From IMG/VR virus record IMGVR_UViG_3300019132_000024, positions 1 through 53,468 of that record: DNA of 53,468 nt. One strand, 5' to 3'. The DNA comes from a virus. Lineage: Duplodnaviria > Caudoviricetes. The position numbers and the translations under genes were made by a program. The notes below the pieces were generated by a model that did not search any database, was not told the DNA's origin, and saw only the letters and a list, made by a program, of their open reading frames with translations. Shown here one piece after another: positions 20,117 through 28,483 of this stretch. Position 1 is the stretch's first letter, and each line of letters opens with the position of its first letter.

Positions 20117-20609
20117 GGAGAGCCTTGTACTTGTCGAGGGAGTAGGTCAGGCGCGGGAAGGCCTGCCGGTCGGCCTTGCTCGAGCTTTCCAGCGTGCCGG
20201 TGGCGGTCGTGGCCGAGAGGCTGACTCGGGAGAGGAACATGCCGCCCCTCACCTCGCCCGGCGCCAGTTGCCCGGCGATATAGGCGCGGTAGGTGACGGT
20301 GATCGGCGAGCCCGCTTGAACCGCCGCCTGCAGGTAGGGGACGAGTTTCGAAGATACGTTGTCGATCTGCACCTGGCCCGTCGTCGGCCCGTCGTCGTCA
20401 AAGCCCTGCACAGTCACAGATACGCCCATCGCCGTGAACAGGACGGCCGCCGCCTCTGCCGAGGGCGACAACCACACATCGGCGTCGGCATTAGCGGCAA
20501 TCCGGATCGGCTCGGCAAAGGAGGGGTGGTCGAGCTCCAGCGTGTCGATGATGTCCTCGCCCACCTCGGGGTCGGCGTAGGCTTCCTTGATGGCGTCTGT
20601 GAGGGACAT
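20106..20609 (-). CDS. DUF1833-type minor tail protein (gpL-like)
   Basis: EAYA...TLELDHP...QIDNVS...VTYRAY...FP pattern. Confidence 0.78.
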   Translation of the reverse strand: MSLTDAIKEAYADPEVGEDIIDTLELDHPSFAEPIRIAANADADVWLSPSAEAAAVLFTAMGVSVTVQGFDDDGPTTGQVQIDNVSSKLVPYLQAAVQAGSPITVTYRAYIAGQLAPGEVRGGMFLSRVSLSATTATGTLESSSKADRQAFPRLTYSLDKYKALHGA

Positions 20610-20611
20610 GA

Positions 20612-20989
20612 TTACCAATCGAAGACGATCAGGGTGAAGGAGACGATGAAGCCCCGCCCGGCCGGCTCGGCATTGATCGCGCCGCTCTCGATCATTACGG
20701 TTTTCACCGGATAGCAGCCCGCGCCGGGCGTATGGACCGGCATCGTGAACCGGGACGAGCCATCGGCGAGCGTCACCTTGTGGAACTGCCGGAAGGTGTT
20801 GAACTCGGCCCAGGTCTTAAAATGGATCGCATAGGCGAGCTTCGCCCGATTGCCGATCCCTGCGCGCCGCATCAGCGGCGGGCCGTCCTCGAACTCGGAC
20901 ACGACCGGCGGCCGGGTCGCCTCCAGCACGCGGAAGCTGCTCGTCAGCGGCTTATGGTTGAGGCCCGCAGGCCATGCCGGAACCGCCAT
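20612..20989 (-). CDS. Distal tail protein (gpM-like)
   Basis: PAWPAGL...EDGP..RR...LADGSSRFTMP; directly after the tape measure gene. Confidence 0.65.
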   Translation of the reverse strand: MAVPAWPAGLNHKPLTSSFRVLEATRPPVVSEFEDGPPLMRRAGIGNRAKLAYAIHFKTWAEFNTFRQFHKVTLADGSSRFTMPVHTPGAGCYPVKTVMIESGAINAEPAGRGFIVSFTLIVFDW

Positions 20990-20990
20990 G

Positions 20991-22970
20991 TCAGCCCACC
21001 AATCCCTGGCCGTTGGCGCGAGCCGCCGAGGCCTTGAACAAGCTGCCCTTGCCGCGGCTGGCCCGCTCGGCGAGGGCGTTTTCGAGCGGGATGATTACGT
21101 CGACCCCACCGGAGGAGTTGCGGCGGGTTTCCGTCGGCACGCCCGCCTCGTTGATGATGTTGACTTCAAGCTTCGGGGCGCTAGTCCCGCCCCTGCCGAT
21201 TGCGTGGTTCGGAACAACAGTGCCATTCCGTCCGAACCGCACGAGTTCCGGCCCCTGTTCGCCGACGAGGTAGGTCTTGCCTGAAGAAACGGGGCCGCCC
21301 GAAGCGCGAGCGCCGCCGAAGCCGCCGAAGAGGCTGCCGAACAGCCCCCCACCGCTACCGCTGCCGCCGCCGAAGATACCCTTGAGCGCGCTGTCGATCG
21401 CTATGTCTAGGAGCTTGTCGCCAATCCTGCCGAGGGCATTCTCAAGGGCTTTTGCCGCGTCCACTCCGTTCAGGAGGTCCGACACGAAACCCTTGATGGT
21501 CGAACTGGCAAGCTGCTCAAGCTCCCGCTGGGTCGCGTTGGCCTCCTTGAGCTTTGTGCTCATCTCGGCGTAGGCCTGCGCCAACTGCTCGACGTTCGCC
21601 CGCTGGTCGTCCGAGAGCGTCACGCCCTCGCGCCGGAGGGCGTTCTCCACCTCCATAATGGCGCGCGCTTTCTCGCGCTCCACGTTGCTCTTGCCCAGCA
21701 TCTCGAACTCACGTTCCAGAGCCTGGGTCGCCATCTGGATCTCGGCGATTTCCTCTGCGTATACGTCCCGAGAGGGAGCGGAACTGCCGCCGCTGCCAGA
21801 GCGGGAGGAGCGTGCCGCCTGCCGAGCGGCTTCCTCGGCCTTCCTCTCGGCCTCTCGATCGCGAATGCGCTGAGTTGCGGCGAGGTAGGCCTCATCCGCC
21901 TGTCGGCGCTCGCCGGGAGTCTGAGCGCTCTCGATGGCCTTCCGGTACGCTTCGGCCGCCCTGTCTGCGTCCGAGAGGGTCGGCATGGCAATGCCAGCCA
22001 ACTCCCTGAGAGCCGAGATGAGATCCTTCACGCGGTTCACCTGACCAGACGCGACCTCGCCCGTCAGGCTGATGGCCCGCTGCATGGAGCGCAGGGCATT
22101 CTCGGCAGTCAGGGCCTTGTCCGACATGCTAAGAAGCTCGCCGGCTACTTTCCTGATTTGCTCGTCGCCGAGGTTCTGCCGCTCAATCTCTGAAATGGCC
22201 TCGCGGAACGCCTTCACATTGGGCGTTCCAGCGGCCGCCTCATCGGTAAACCGCTTGATGGCATCCGCGAACGCCTTGAACTTATCCGACACCGTAAGGT
22301 CTACACCGCCGAAGCCGATGCCGGTCGCCATGTCAGTGAAAGCGGGCGCTGCGGTATTAACCGTTTTCGCGATCTCGTTCGCCGCGTTCCTTAAATCCTC
22401 CGTAAGTTTGACGATTTGGACACGGATCTGCGTTTCAAGTACGCGCGTGCTCTCCTTGGCATACTGGTCCAAGCCTTCGGCCGCTTCCCCGTAGGCGTCC
22501 TTTAGGCTCTTGATGATCTCGCCGTGGGCCTTGAGGTGGTCGTCTAGGGTCTCAACGTCCTCTGAAGCACCCGTAATATACTGGATTGCCGCGCCGCCGA
22601 GTGCGATGATACCAATGGTGGCGAGGCTGAGCGGGCTGATGACGGAAGCAAAGGCCGCGCCTAGGGATTTAACCGCGCCGGCCGCGCCGCCCCTGCTCTC
22701 GCCTAGGACGGCCGCGATCTGCGTCCCCTGCTGAAGGGCCACGGTAAGGGGAGAAGTGCCGCTGGCGAGCTGCACCCCAATATCCTGAAACTGCGCCGCG
22801 AGGTTCGCTGTCTGACCGGCGAGATTATCGTTCACCGCCTTGAAGCGGCGCTCGATCTTCTGCGACTCCCCGTCGACGGATCGCGTGACCTTCTGCAGCT
22901 CCTTCGTGAAGGTCGTGAACCTCGCCTCCATGGAGACGACGAGGCGCTGCATGTCAGTTGCTTCGGCCAT
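20991..22970 (-). CDS. Tail tape measure protein
   Basis: NLAAQFQDIGVQLASG...ALQQGTQI and RASGGPV...YLVGEQGPEL motifs. Confidence 0.92.
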   Translation of the reverse strand: MAEATDMQRLVVSMEARFTTFTKELQKVTRSVDGESQKIERRFKAVNDNLAGQTANLAAQFQDIGVQLASGTSPLTVALQQGTQIAAVLGESRGGAAGAVKSLGAAFASVISPLSLATIGIIALGGAAIQYITGASEDVETLDDHLKAHGEIIKSLKDAYGEAAEGLDQYAKESTRVLETQIRVQIVKLTEDLRNAANEIAKTVNTAAPAFTDMATGIGFGGVDLTVSDKFKAFADAIKRFTDEAAAGTPNVKAFREAISEIERQNLGDEQIRKVAGELLSMSDKALTAENALRSMQRAISLTGEVASGQVNRVKDLISALRELAGIAMPTLSDADRAAEAYRKAIESAQTPGERRQADEAYLAATQRIRDREAERKAEEAARQAARSSRSGSGGSSAPSRDVYAEEIAEIQMATQALEREFEMLGKSNVEREKARAIMEVENALRREGVTLSDDQRANVEQLAQAYAEMSTKLKEANATQRELEQLASSTIKGFVSDLLNGVDAAKALENALGRIGDKLLDIAIDSALKGIFGGGSGSGGGLFGSLFGGFGGARASGGPVSSGKTYLVGEQGPELVRFGRNGTVVPNHAIGRGGTSAPKLEVNIINEAGVPTETRRNSSGGVDVIIPLENALAERASRGKGSLFKASAARANGQGLVG

Positions 22971-22973
22971 TGG

Positions 22974-23201
22974 CTATCCAAGCCTCTCCACGAGGTCGTA
23001 ATATTCTTCCGCCGTAGGAGCCTCGATGGCGGGCTCTGCCCCTTGCGAGACATTCCACCCATCGACGCAGGCGGCGAACTCCCACAGGCTCATTTCCCGC
23101 ACCTCGGCAGGCGTGAACCCTAGGACTGCGCCGGTTCCGTAGAGGGCGGCGGCGGAGAGGCGTTCGCCCCCGGCGCTTCCGTCGCCGCGTCGTCTTTTCC
23201 C
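22974..23201 (-). CDS. -1 frame extension of the tail assembly chaperone (gpGT equivalent)
   Basis: Slippery GGGAAAA at 23201-23195; -1 frame is open to TAG at 22974 and encodes LGFTPAEVREMSLWEFAAC. Confidence 0.8.
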   Translation of the reverse strand, partial: GKRRRGDGSAGGERLSAAALYGTGAVLGFTPAEVREMSLWEFAACVDGWNVSQGAEPAIEAPTAEEYYDLVERLG

Positions 23202-23521
23202 ACGGGCTCATTCGTCGGGCTGACAAGCGCCGCGAGAAGGATGGCTCGAGCCAGGACAGCCGCCTCAAGCAGCCGGCCAGGAACGACGTTCTCCTCCACG
23301 AGGGCCTTGGCCCTCTTTGCCTCAACTCCCCCGCCCATGAGGCCGAGGCGAATGGGCTCTTTCAGATCGGCGATACGCCATTCGCCGCCGCTGATCCGGT
23401 TGACGACCGCAGCGCAGCCGCAATCGAGCTTTTCTTCCAGGGCAAGCAACTCGCCAATGCCTAGGCGGAAGGTGCGCTCGTCTCCCGCCCAGACCTGAGT
23501 AAAGGAGGCGTTCGCACTCAT
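23120..23521 (-). CDS. Tail assembly chaperone (GTA-gp10-like)
   Basis: FRLGIGELLALEE...IRLGLMGGG; lies between the tube and tape measure genes. Confidence 0.8.
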   Translation of the reverse strand: MSANASFTQVWAGDERTFRLGIGELLALEEKLDCGCAAVVNRISGGEWRIADLKEPIRLGLMGGGVEAKRAKALVEENVVPGRLLEAAVLARAILLAALVSPTNEPVGKDDAATEAPGANASPPPPSTEPAQS

Positions 23522-23961
23522 GGGGCGGCCGGGACCACGTTAACCGGGCCGTCAGAGGTGAGCTCGATCTCGTACTGGATCAGGCCGTCTTGATCGCCGG
23601 TTAGGTTGAACGTGGTCAGGTGATACTTGCCCTCGTAGGTGCGCGGGCCAACGGCATAATCGATCACCACGCGCACGTTGCGCGAGTCCACGTCCTCGAA
23701 GAACTCCTCCCAGAGGTCGATGCTCTCCTTGGCGAGGGTGCCCGAGCCGCTGATGCCCGAGGACAGGGCGCCCTTGGCCCGTTCCGTCCAGACCGGCGCA
23801 TCCGGGTCGGAGCAGTCGGCGACGTTGAAATAGTTGGTCGAGGCCGACCGGTTGAACGACTTCGTGTTGAGGGCGCACGGTGCGGTGAACACCTCCGGGT
23901 CGGCCCCGTCGCCGATCATGATGAGCAGCTTGGAGCCGCGCAGGGTAGTAGGACGAGCCAT
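23518..23961 (-). CDS. Major tail tube protein
   Basis: GDGADPEVFTAPC...ISGSG...IELTSDG. Confidence 0.88.
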   Translation of the reverse strand: MARPTTLRGSKLLIMIGDGADPEVFTAPCALNTKSFNRSASTNYFNVADCSDPDAPVWTERAKGALSSGISGSGTLAKESIDLWEEFFEDVDSRNVRVVIDYAVGPRTYEGKYHLTTFNLTGDQDGLIQYEIELTSDGPVNVVPAAP

Positions 23962-23987
23962 GGCAGTTTTCTCCGATGTGAAGGGGC

Positions 23988-24386
23988 TTAGTCCGCGGGC
24001 TGTGTCCGTGCCCGAACCTGAATGCGCGCCCGGCTCGTAAGGCCATCAGGGTCGCGGTCGTAGTTGATGCTGTCGACCTTCAGCATCTCCAGGGTGTGTC
24101 CGGAGAGCGCCAGGTCGCCGTTATGCAGGCGGCCGCGGACGGCAGAGGCGATTTGCTTGGCCTCGGGGAAGCCGACCGAGCGCGACCACACATCAATCTG
24201 GAAATAGCTTTCCGTGCCCTCGTAGCAGTCCTCATCGACCGGCACAGACTGCCCAGTGCCGACAGTGATCCGGGGGAACGGATTGCTGCTCGGCACCATG
24301 TCAAACACGTTCGCGCCAGCCGCCGTGCCCAGGGCTTTGAGCGCGGCGACGATGGCGCCTTGAAGGGCGAGATCCGGGTCACTCAT
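23988..24386 (-). CDS. Tail terminator (DUF3168)
   Basis: ALQGAIVAAL...QIDVWSR...RDPDGLT. Confidence 0.85.
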   Translation of the reverse strand: MSDPDLALQGAIVAALKALGTAAGANVFDMVPSSNPFPRITVGTGQSVPVDEDCYEGTESYFQIDVWSRSVGFPEAKQIASAVRGRLHNGDLALSGHTLEMLKVDSINYDRDPDGLTSRARIQVRARTQPAD

Positions 24387-24802
24387 GCTTTGCTTGCTGC
24401 CTTCCTGGCTGCCTTGCGGGTGGCGCGGGTGATGCGGGCGCGGATCCGCCGGCGGTTGGAGCGATAGGCTGGGAAGAAGAACGGGTTCGCCGCCATCTTC
24501 ACCGTCCCGAACTCCTGCCAGCGGGCGTAGAACGCGCGGTCGTTGCCAGCGTAGACCACCACCCGAAGATCGGCCTCGTCGGATCCGCCTTCCGCGAGAA
24601 CCATGGAGCCCTTTGGCGCCTTGCCGAACGTCCAGCCAATCGAGGCCCGAAGAGCCCCGCTCTCAACAGGAGCGAGGCGCCGGGCCATGGCCGCGACCTC
24701 TTCGGCGCTCTGGGCAAGAGCCACCCGGATCTCGGCCTTGTATTCTCTGGGCAGGGCGCGCAGCTTGGCACGCAATGCCGCCACGCCCTCGACCTTGCCC
24801 AT
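24383..24802 (-). CDS. HK97 gp10-like neck protein
   Basis: APVESGALRASI, YARWQEFGT and PFFFPA motifs. Confidence 0.88.
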   Translation of the reverse strand: MGKVEGVAALRAKLRALPREYKAEIRVALAQSAEEVAAMARRLAPVESGALRASIGWTFGKAPKGSMVLAEGGSDEADLRVVVYAGNDRAFYARWQEFGTVKMAANPFFFPAYRSNRRRIRARITRATRKAARKAASKA

Positions 24803-24809
24803 GGGATCG

Positions 24810-24989
24810 TCAGGCCTTTGACTTGCTCTCGGCCTTGGTCGCCGGGGCTTCCTCGATCACGCCGGCAGCCTTCGCCGCCTCATAGTGCGCCTGCAGAAGA
24901 TCGTACTCCCGCCCCTTCTTGTACGAGAAGTGCTGCTGTCCGGTTGCGCGGAAGGTCCAATCCTTCGTGAACTTCGCTTTCTGAGCCAT
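24810..24989 (-). CDS. Small virion-associated hypothetical protein
   Basis: AGGAGAG RBS; fills the gap in the structural operon. Confidence 0.6.
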   Translation of the reverse strand: MAQKAKFTKDWTFRATGQQHFSYKKGREYDLLQAHYEAAKAAGVIEEAPATKAESKSKA

Positions 24990-25000
24990 GGCTCTCTCCT

Positions 25001-25354
25001 TTAGGTGGCAACGCCGAGCGTGCAGGTGAGGACGTTCCACATCCGCTTTCCGTCAGGGTCGCGGATGTCGTGGATGTTGTAGATCTCGGTCGGCTTGCGG
25101 GCGTTCACGGCCCGCCATTCCGGGGCGATCTGCACGGTCTGAGACGACCACCGGACGGTGATCTCGACCGGGCGCACGCCCTGGAGTCGCTGGGCAAGCA
25201 CCTCCTCGCGGCCACGGGCCGGGGCGATGTTCGCGGCGACCGAGAACTGATCCTCCCAGGGGCCGGAAACCTCGTTGCCGTAGCCATCATCGACGGTGCT
25301 ACGGCGCTGGAAAATCACGCGGTCGCGTAGCTGGCCAGCATGGGGCATCGACAT
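25001..25354 (-). CDS. Head closure / head-tail adaptor
   Basis: AGQLRDRVIFQ...DGYGN...ITVRW...YNI. Confidence 0.85.
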   Translation of the reverse strand: MSMPHAGQLRDRVIFQRRSTVDDGYGNEVSGPWEDQFSVAANIAPARGREEVLAQRLQGVRPVEITVRWSSQTVQIAPEWRAVNARKPTEIYNIHDIRDPDGKRMWNVLTCTLGVAT

Positions 25355-25508
25355 ATACCTTGGGCTACTGAATTGGCATGCAGCGTTGACAGATGCTTCA
25401 ATCTGGTTATGAGGCAGGTGCGGTGTTGCAACCGGCACCGCACGCGCCCTGGCTGAGATGTCCCACCCGACCCATCAGCCGGGGCGCTATCGTTTCACCG
25501 AACTTGCA

Positions 25509-25805
25509 TCAAGCAATAGCTGGGTCGCGGAACCGAGCAAGAAGCCGCGCAACTGGCCCGTCAGGCCCGAGATAGTCGCCGCCGCCATCCCCATTGCGGT
25601 CGTCCCATAATGCCGTCAGCACCAACAGGATCGCGGCTTGAACGGACTTGGGAACGGTCGTCTCAGTCCATCCGTGATCAGGCTTCTTGAGGTAGTCGAC
25701 TACGATGTCACTGGCCTGCTCGATCTTCATCTGCAGGTCAGCATTCTGGTCGTCAAAGTCGATACGAAGCTGCTGCTTGGCCTGTTCAATGGTGATGAGA
25801 GCCAT
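25509..25805 (-). CDS. Head-tail connector (gp6-like)
   Basis: ITIEQAKQQLRID...AAILL...DDR. Confidence 0.88.
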   Translation of the reverse strand: MALITIEQAKQQLRIDFDDQNADLQMKIEQASDIVVDYLKKPDHGWTETTVPKSVQAAILLVLTALWDDRNGDGGGDYLGPDGPVARLLARFRDPAIA

Positions 25806-25806
25806 T

Positions 25807-26787
25807 TCAGACTGCCTTTGCTGGAATGCCGACGCGAACCGGCTCGAATGACTTGGCTTCTTTCACCACGCCATCGCGGCCGTCCCTGCCCTTCTTCACC
25901 GCAAGTCGGAAGCCCTTGCCTGTATCCGGCTTCTCAGTCGTCTCCTGATGACAGATCCAGAATGAGCCGCCCCAGGTCACGCCGTCACCCGGGCGATAGG
26001 TCTGGCCTTCCTTGTAGACGCCGCGGTCGATCACGACCGGAAGGCGGAAGTCCTTCATCTGGCCATCGCGCATGAAGCGCAGGACCAAGCCCTCACCCGT
26101 CTCGACAAGATCGAGGTCATCGAAGCCGAACCCATCGCGTCCGTCCTTGCCGTCCGCGCCCTTCTCGCCCGGCGCTCCATCCTTACCGACTACGGGCCCG
26201 AGGTTCTTCGTTTCCCCATTGGTCAGGGTGACGACGAGCTCGCCGGCCCGGTCGATGATCGCGCCGGCAAGCCCAATACCATCCTTTCCATCCACTCCAT
26301 CCTTGCCGTCCTTCGGCACGGGGATGGCGGACACGGCTTTCTCGACTGCCTCTGACACCATCCGCTGCACTTCAGCAGGATCGACGCTCTCACCATCCTT
26401 CCCGGGCTCGCCGTCTCCTGGCTTGGGGAGTTCGCTGACGCGCTTCTCGACCTCGGCGGCGATAAGCGGGGCCACATCCTCGACGGTGACGCTCTTGCCG
26501 TCCTGCGGCGCGGGAATGGCGGCAACGGCTCTCTGGACCTCTTCGGAGACCAAAGCCGGAATGTCAGGCAGTGCGACAGGTTCGATAGCCTCGATGGTTT
26601 CTTTCAGCCCAGCGACCTCTTCGGCGATGATCTGTCGTACCTCGCCGAGATCGGCATCCTTGCCGTCCTTCGGCGCCGGCAGTTCATCGAACCGCTTTTC
26701 CAGCGCATCCAGGCGGGACAGGATCGGGTCCAGCTGCGCCTTCACGATACCCGCAAGCTCAAGGCCGAAAGTCTTAGCGTCAATCAT
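25807..26787 (-). CDS. Portal-adjacent structural protein with PKDGKD repeats and short collagen-like segments
   Basis: Repeated VAAIP..KDG units; Y..GDGVTWGGSFW; LAVKKGRDG. Confidence 0.75.
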   Translation of the reverse strand: MIDAKTFGLELAGIVKAQLDPILSRLDALEKRFDELPAPKDGKDADLGEVRQIIAEEVAGLKETIEAIEPVALPDIPALVSEEVQRAVAAIPAPQDGKSVTVEDVAPLIAAEVEKRVSELPKPGDGEPGKDGESVDPAEVQRMVSEAVEKAVSAIPVPKDGKDGVDGKDGIGLAGAIIDRAGELVVTLTNGETKNLGPVVGKDGAPGEKGADGKDGRDGFGFDDLDLVETGEGLVLRFMRDGQMKDFRLPVVIDRGVYKEGQTYRPGDGVTWGGSFWICHQETTEKPDTGKGFRLAVKKGRDGRDGVVKEAKSFEPVRVGIPAKAV

Positions 26788-28157
26788 GCCGCGAGCCCCT
26801 TCTGAAATGCCAGCGCCGCCTCTGCGACGAACGCCCGCTCTTCGGCCTGCTGCCGCGCGGCATCTTCCTCACGATCCTCCGGGGCAGGCACAGGTGCGTT
26901 CCTTTGCGCCTCGGCCTGGGCGATCAACTGAGCATCGCGGGCCGCAATGGCCTCGATCGAGTGGTCCTGCTGCTGGAGGTAGATCGTATTGCCGCCCCGA
27001 ACCTTCTTGAGTTCCAGCCGCTTGCGGCGCTCATCGAGCGTCATCACGCTCTTGGCCTTCTCCAGCACGTCCATCTGCGTCACGCTGTCCATGCGCAGAA
27101 GGTTGTCTGTGTCGAACTCGGTGCCGATGTTCTCGCCCATGCCGAGACCTTCATCGAGACAGAGCTCGATAGCCTCGATGAGCACCTGCAGGCACTGGGC
27201 ATAATACTCGACGTTCAAGCTCTGGATGTTGTTGTATGTTGGCATCGTGCCGACGCCGATCTTGTAGGGCGGAACGTGGTAGGTCGAGCAGACGACCTCG
27301 GCGGACCACTTCAGCTGCTCGATGAGCTGCGAGTCGACGGCCTTCGCCCTCATGGCCTCGTATTTCAGGCCATCGCCTAGGACTGCCACCTTGCCTGAAT
27401 TCTTGCCGGAAAAGTTCGTGTCCCAATGCTCCTTGAGGCGCTGTGCCGTCTCGTTGCTGATCGCGCCAGGCGCCGTCAGGATGCCTCCCGGCTGTGCCCC
27501 GTTCTTGAAGAACAAGGTGCTGTCGTTCTGGATTGCCAGGCCTTGCGTTGCCGCCAGACCGCCCGCGAAGATGGGCGAGAGGCCGATCAGCGGGTGAAAG
27601 AAGCAGTTGAAGCGGTCGTGGATGACCTCCCGGGCCGGCACGGTCACGCTCTCAGGGAGCCCACTGAGGTTGTCCGTGTTGAGCTGGTAGAAGACCGAAC
27701 CATCGTCGGCTACGAGCGGGGTGACGAGGGTCCAATCAAGCACATAGAGCGCCTTAACGACGCCGCGCCCGTCCCGCTGCTTGAGAGCGACTGTATTCCC
27801 GCGCTGGAGCTTCGACAGCACCCAGCTTTCTATGAACTGCATCCGGTTCTGGAAATGGTTCGGCTTGCGCAGAACCGGCGAATAGGCCGGATTGGTCGTC
27901 TCGGCCCAGATCCCGTCCGCATCCTTCTGGACCAGCTTGATGCGAAGCTTCGCGATGTCGGATGCGATCAGCGTCCGGCAGGCAAAATCGGCATGATTGG
28001 ACAGAACGGAGTCGTATCGGACCTCGACATTCTGCTGCCAAGCGCCGGCATATGACTCGAAGATGCGCCACCATCCGCCGCGCCCTTGAGCGACAGGCGC
28101 GAGCGCCTTCTCCTCCGTCGCCTGAGCGCGGGAAATGTTGATGCCGAAAAGGCGCAT
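26784..28157 (-). CDS. HK97-family portal protein
   Basis: IASDIAKL, KPNHFQ, GLSPI and FKNGAQPGGIL motifs. Confidence 0.92.
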   Translation of the reverse strand: MRLFGINISRAQATEEKALAPVAQGRGGWWRIFESYAGAWQQNVEVRYDSVLSNHADFACRTLIASDIAKLRIKLVQKDADGIWAETTNPAYSPVLRKPNHFQNRMQFIESWVLSKLQRGNTVALKQRDGRGVVKALYVLDWTLVTPLVADDGSVFYQLNTDNLSGLPESVTVPAREVIHDRFNCFFHPLIGLSPIFAGGLAATQGLAIQNDSTLFFKNGAQPGGILTAPGAISNETAQRLKEHWDTNFSGKNSGKVAVLGDGLKYEAMRAKAVDSQLIEQLKWSAEVVCSTYHVPPYKIGVGTMPTYNNIQSLNVEYYAQCLQVLIEAIELCLDEGLGMGENIGTEFDTDNLLRMDSVTQMDVLEKAKSVMTLDERRKRLELKKVRGGNTIYLQQQDHSIEAIAARDAQLIAQAEAQRNAPVPAPEDREEDAARQQAEERAFVAEAALAFQKGLAA

Positions 28158-28160
28158 GGA

Positions 28161-28418
28161 TCAGCCCTTCGCTTCAGCGATTTTGGCTTTCAGGGTCTCG
28201 GCATCCCAGCCATGGTAGGGCCTCTTACCGACAACGCGCTGGTACTCGGCGCGCAGTGCCGTGAGGTCGCCCTCAGGGGCCGCAGGGGCGGGCTTCGCCG
28301 GCTCCTGCACCGGAGCCGCTGCCATGTCGCGACGGCCATATCCCAGCCTGCCGAGAATGCGAGCATAGCGCGGATCGCGGGCGCGAAGAGCGCGGTCCAT
28401 GTAGCTGAGAGATTTCAT
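28161..28418 (-). CDS. Small head-associated protein
   Basis: AGGAG RBS; GKRPYHGWDAETLKAKIAE; between capsid and portal. Confidence 0.7.
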   Translation of the reverse strand: MKSLSYMDRALRARDPRYARILGRLGYGRRDMAAAPVQEPAKPAPAAPEGDLTALRAEYQRVVGKRPYHGWDAETLKAKIAEAKG

Positions 28419-28483
28419 GTCGGTCTCCTTTGAGGGGACCGGTCGCAACCCGTTGCGACCGGCCATGATGTTCAGGCTACCGA

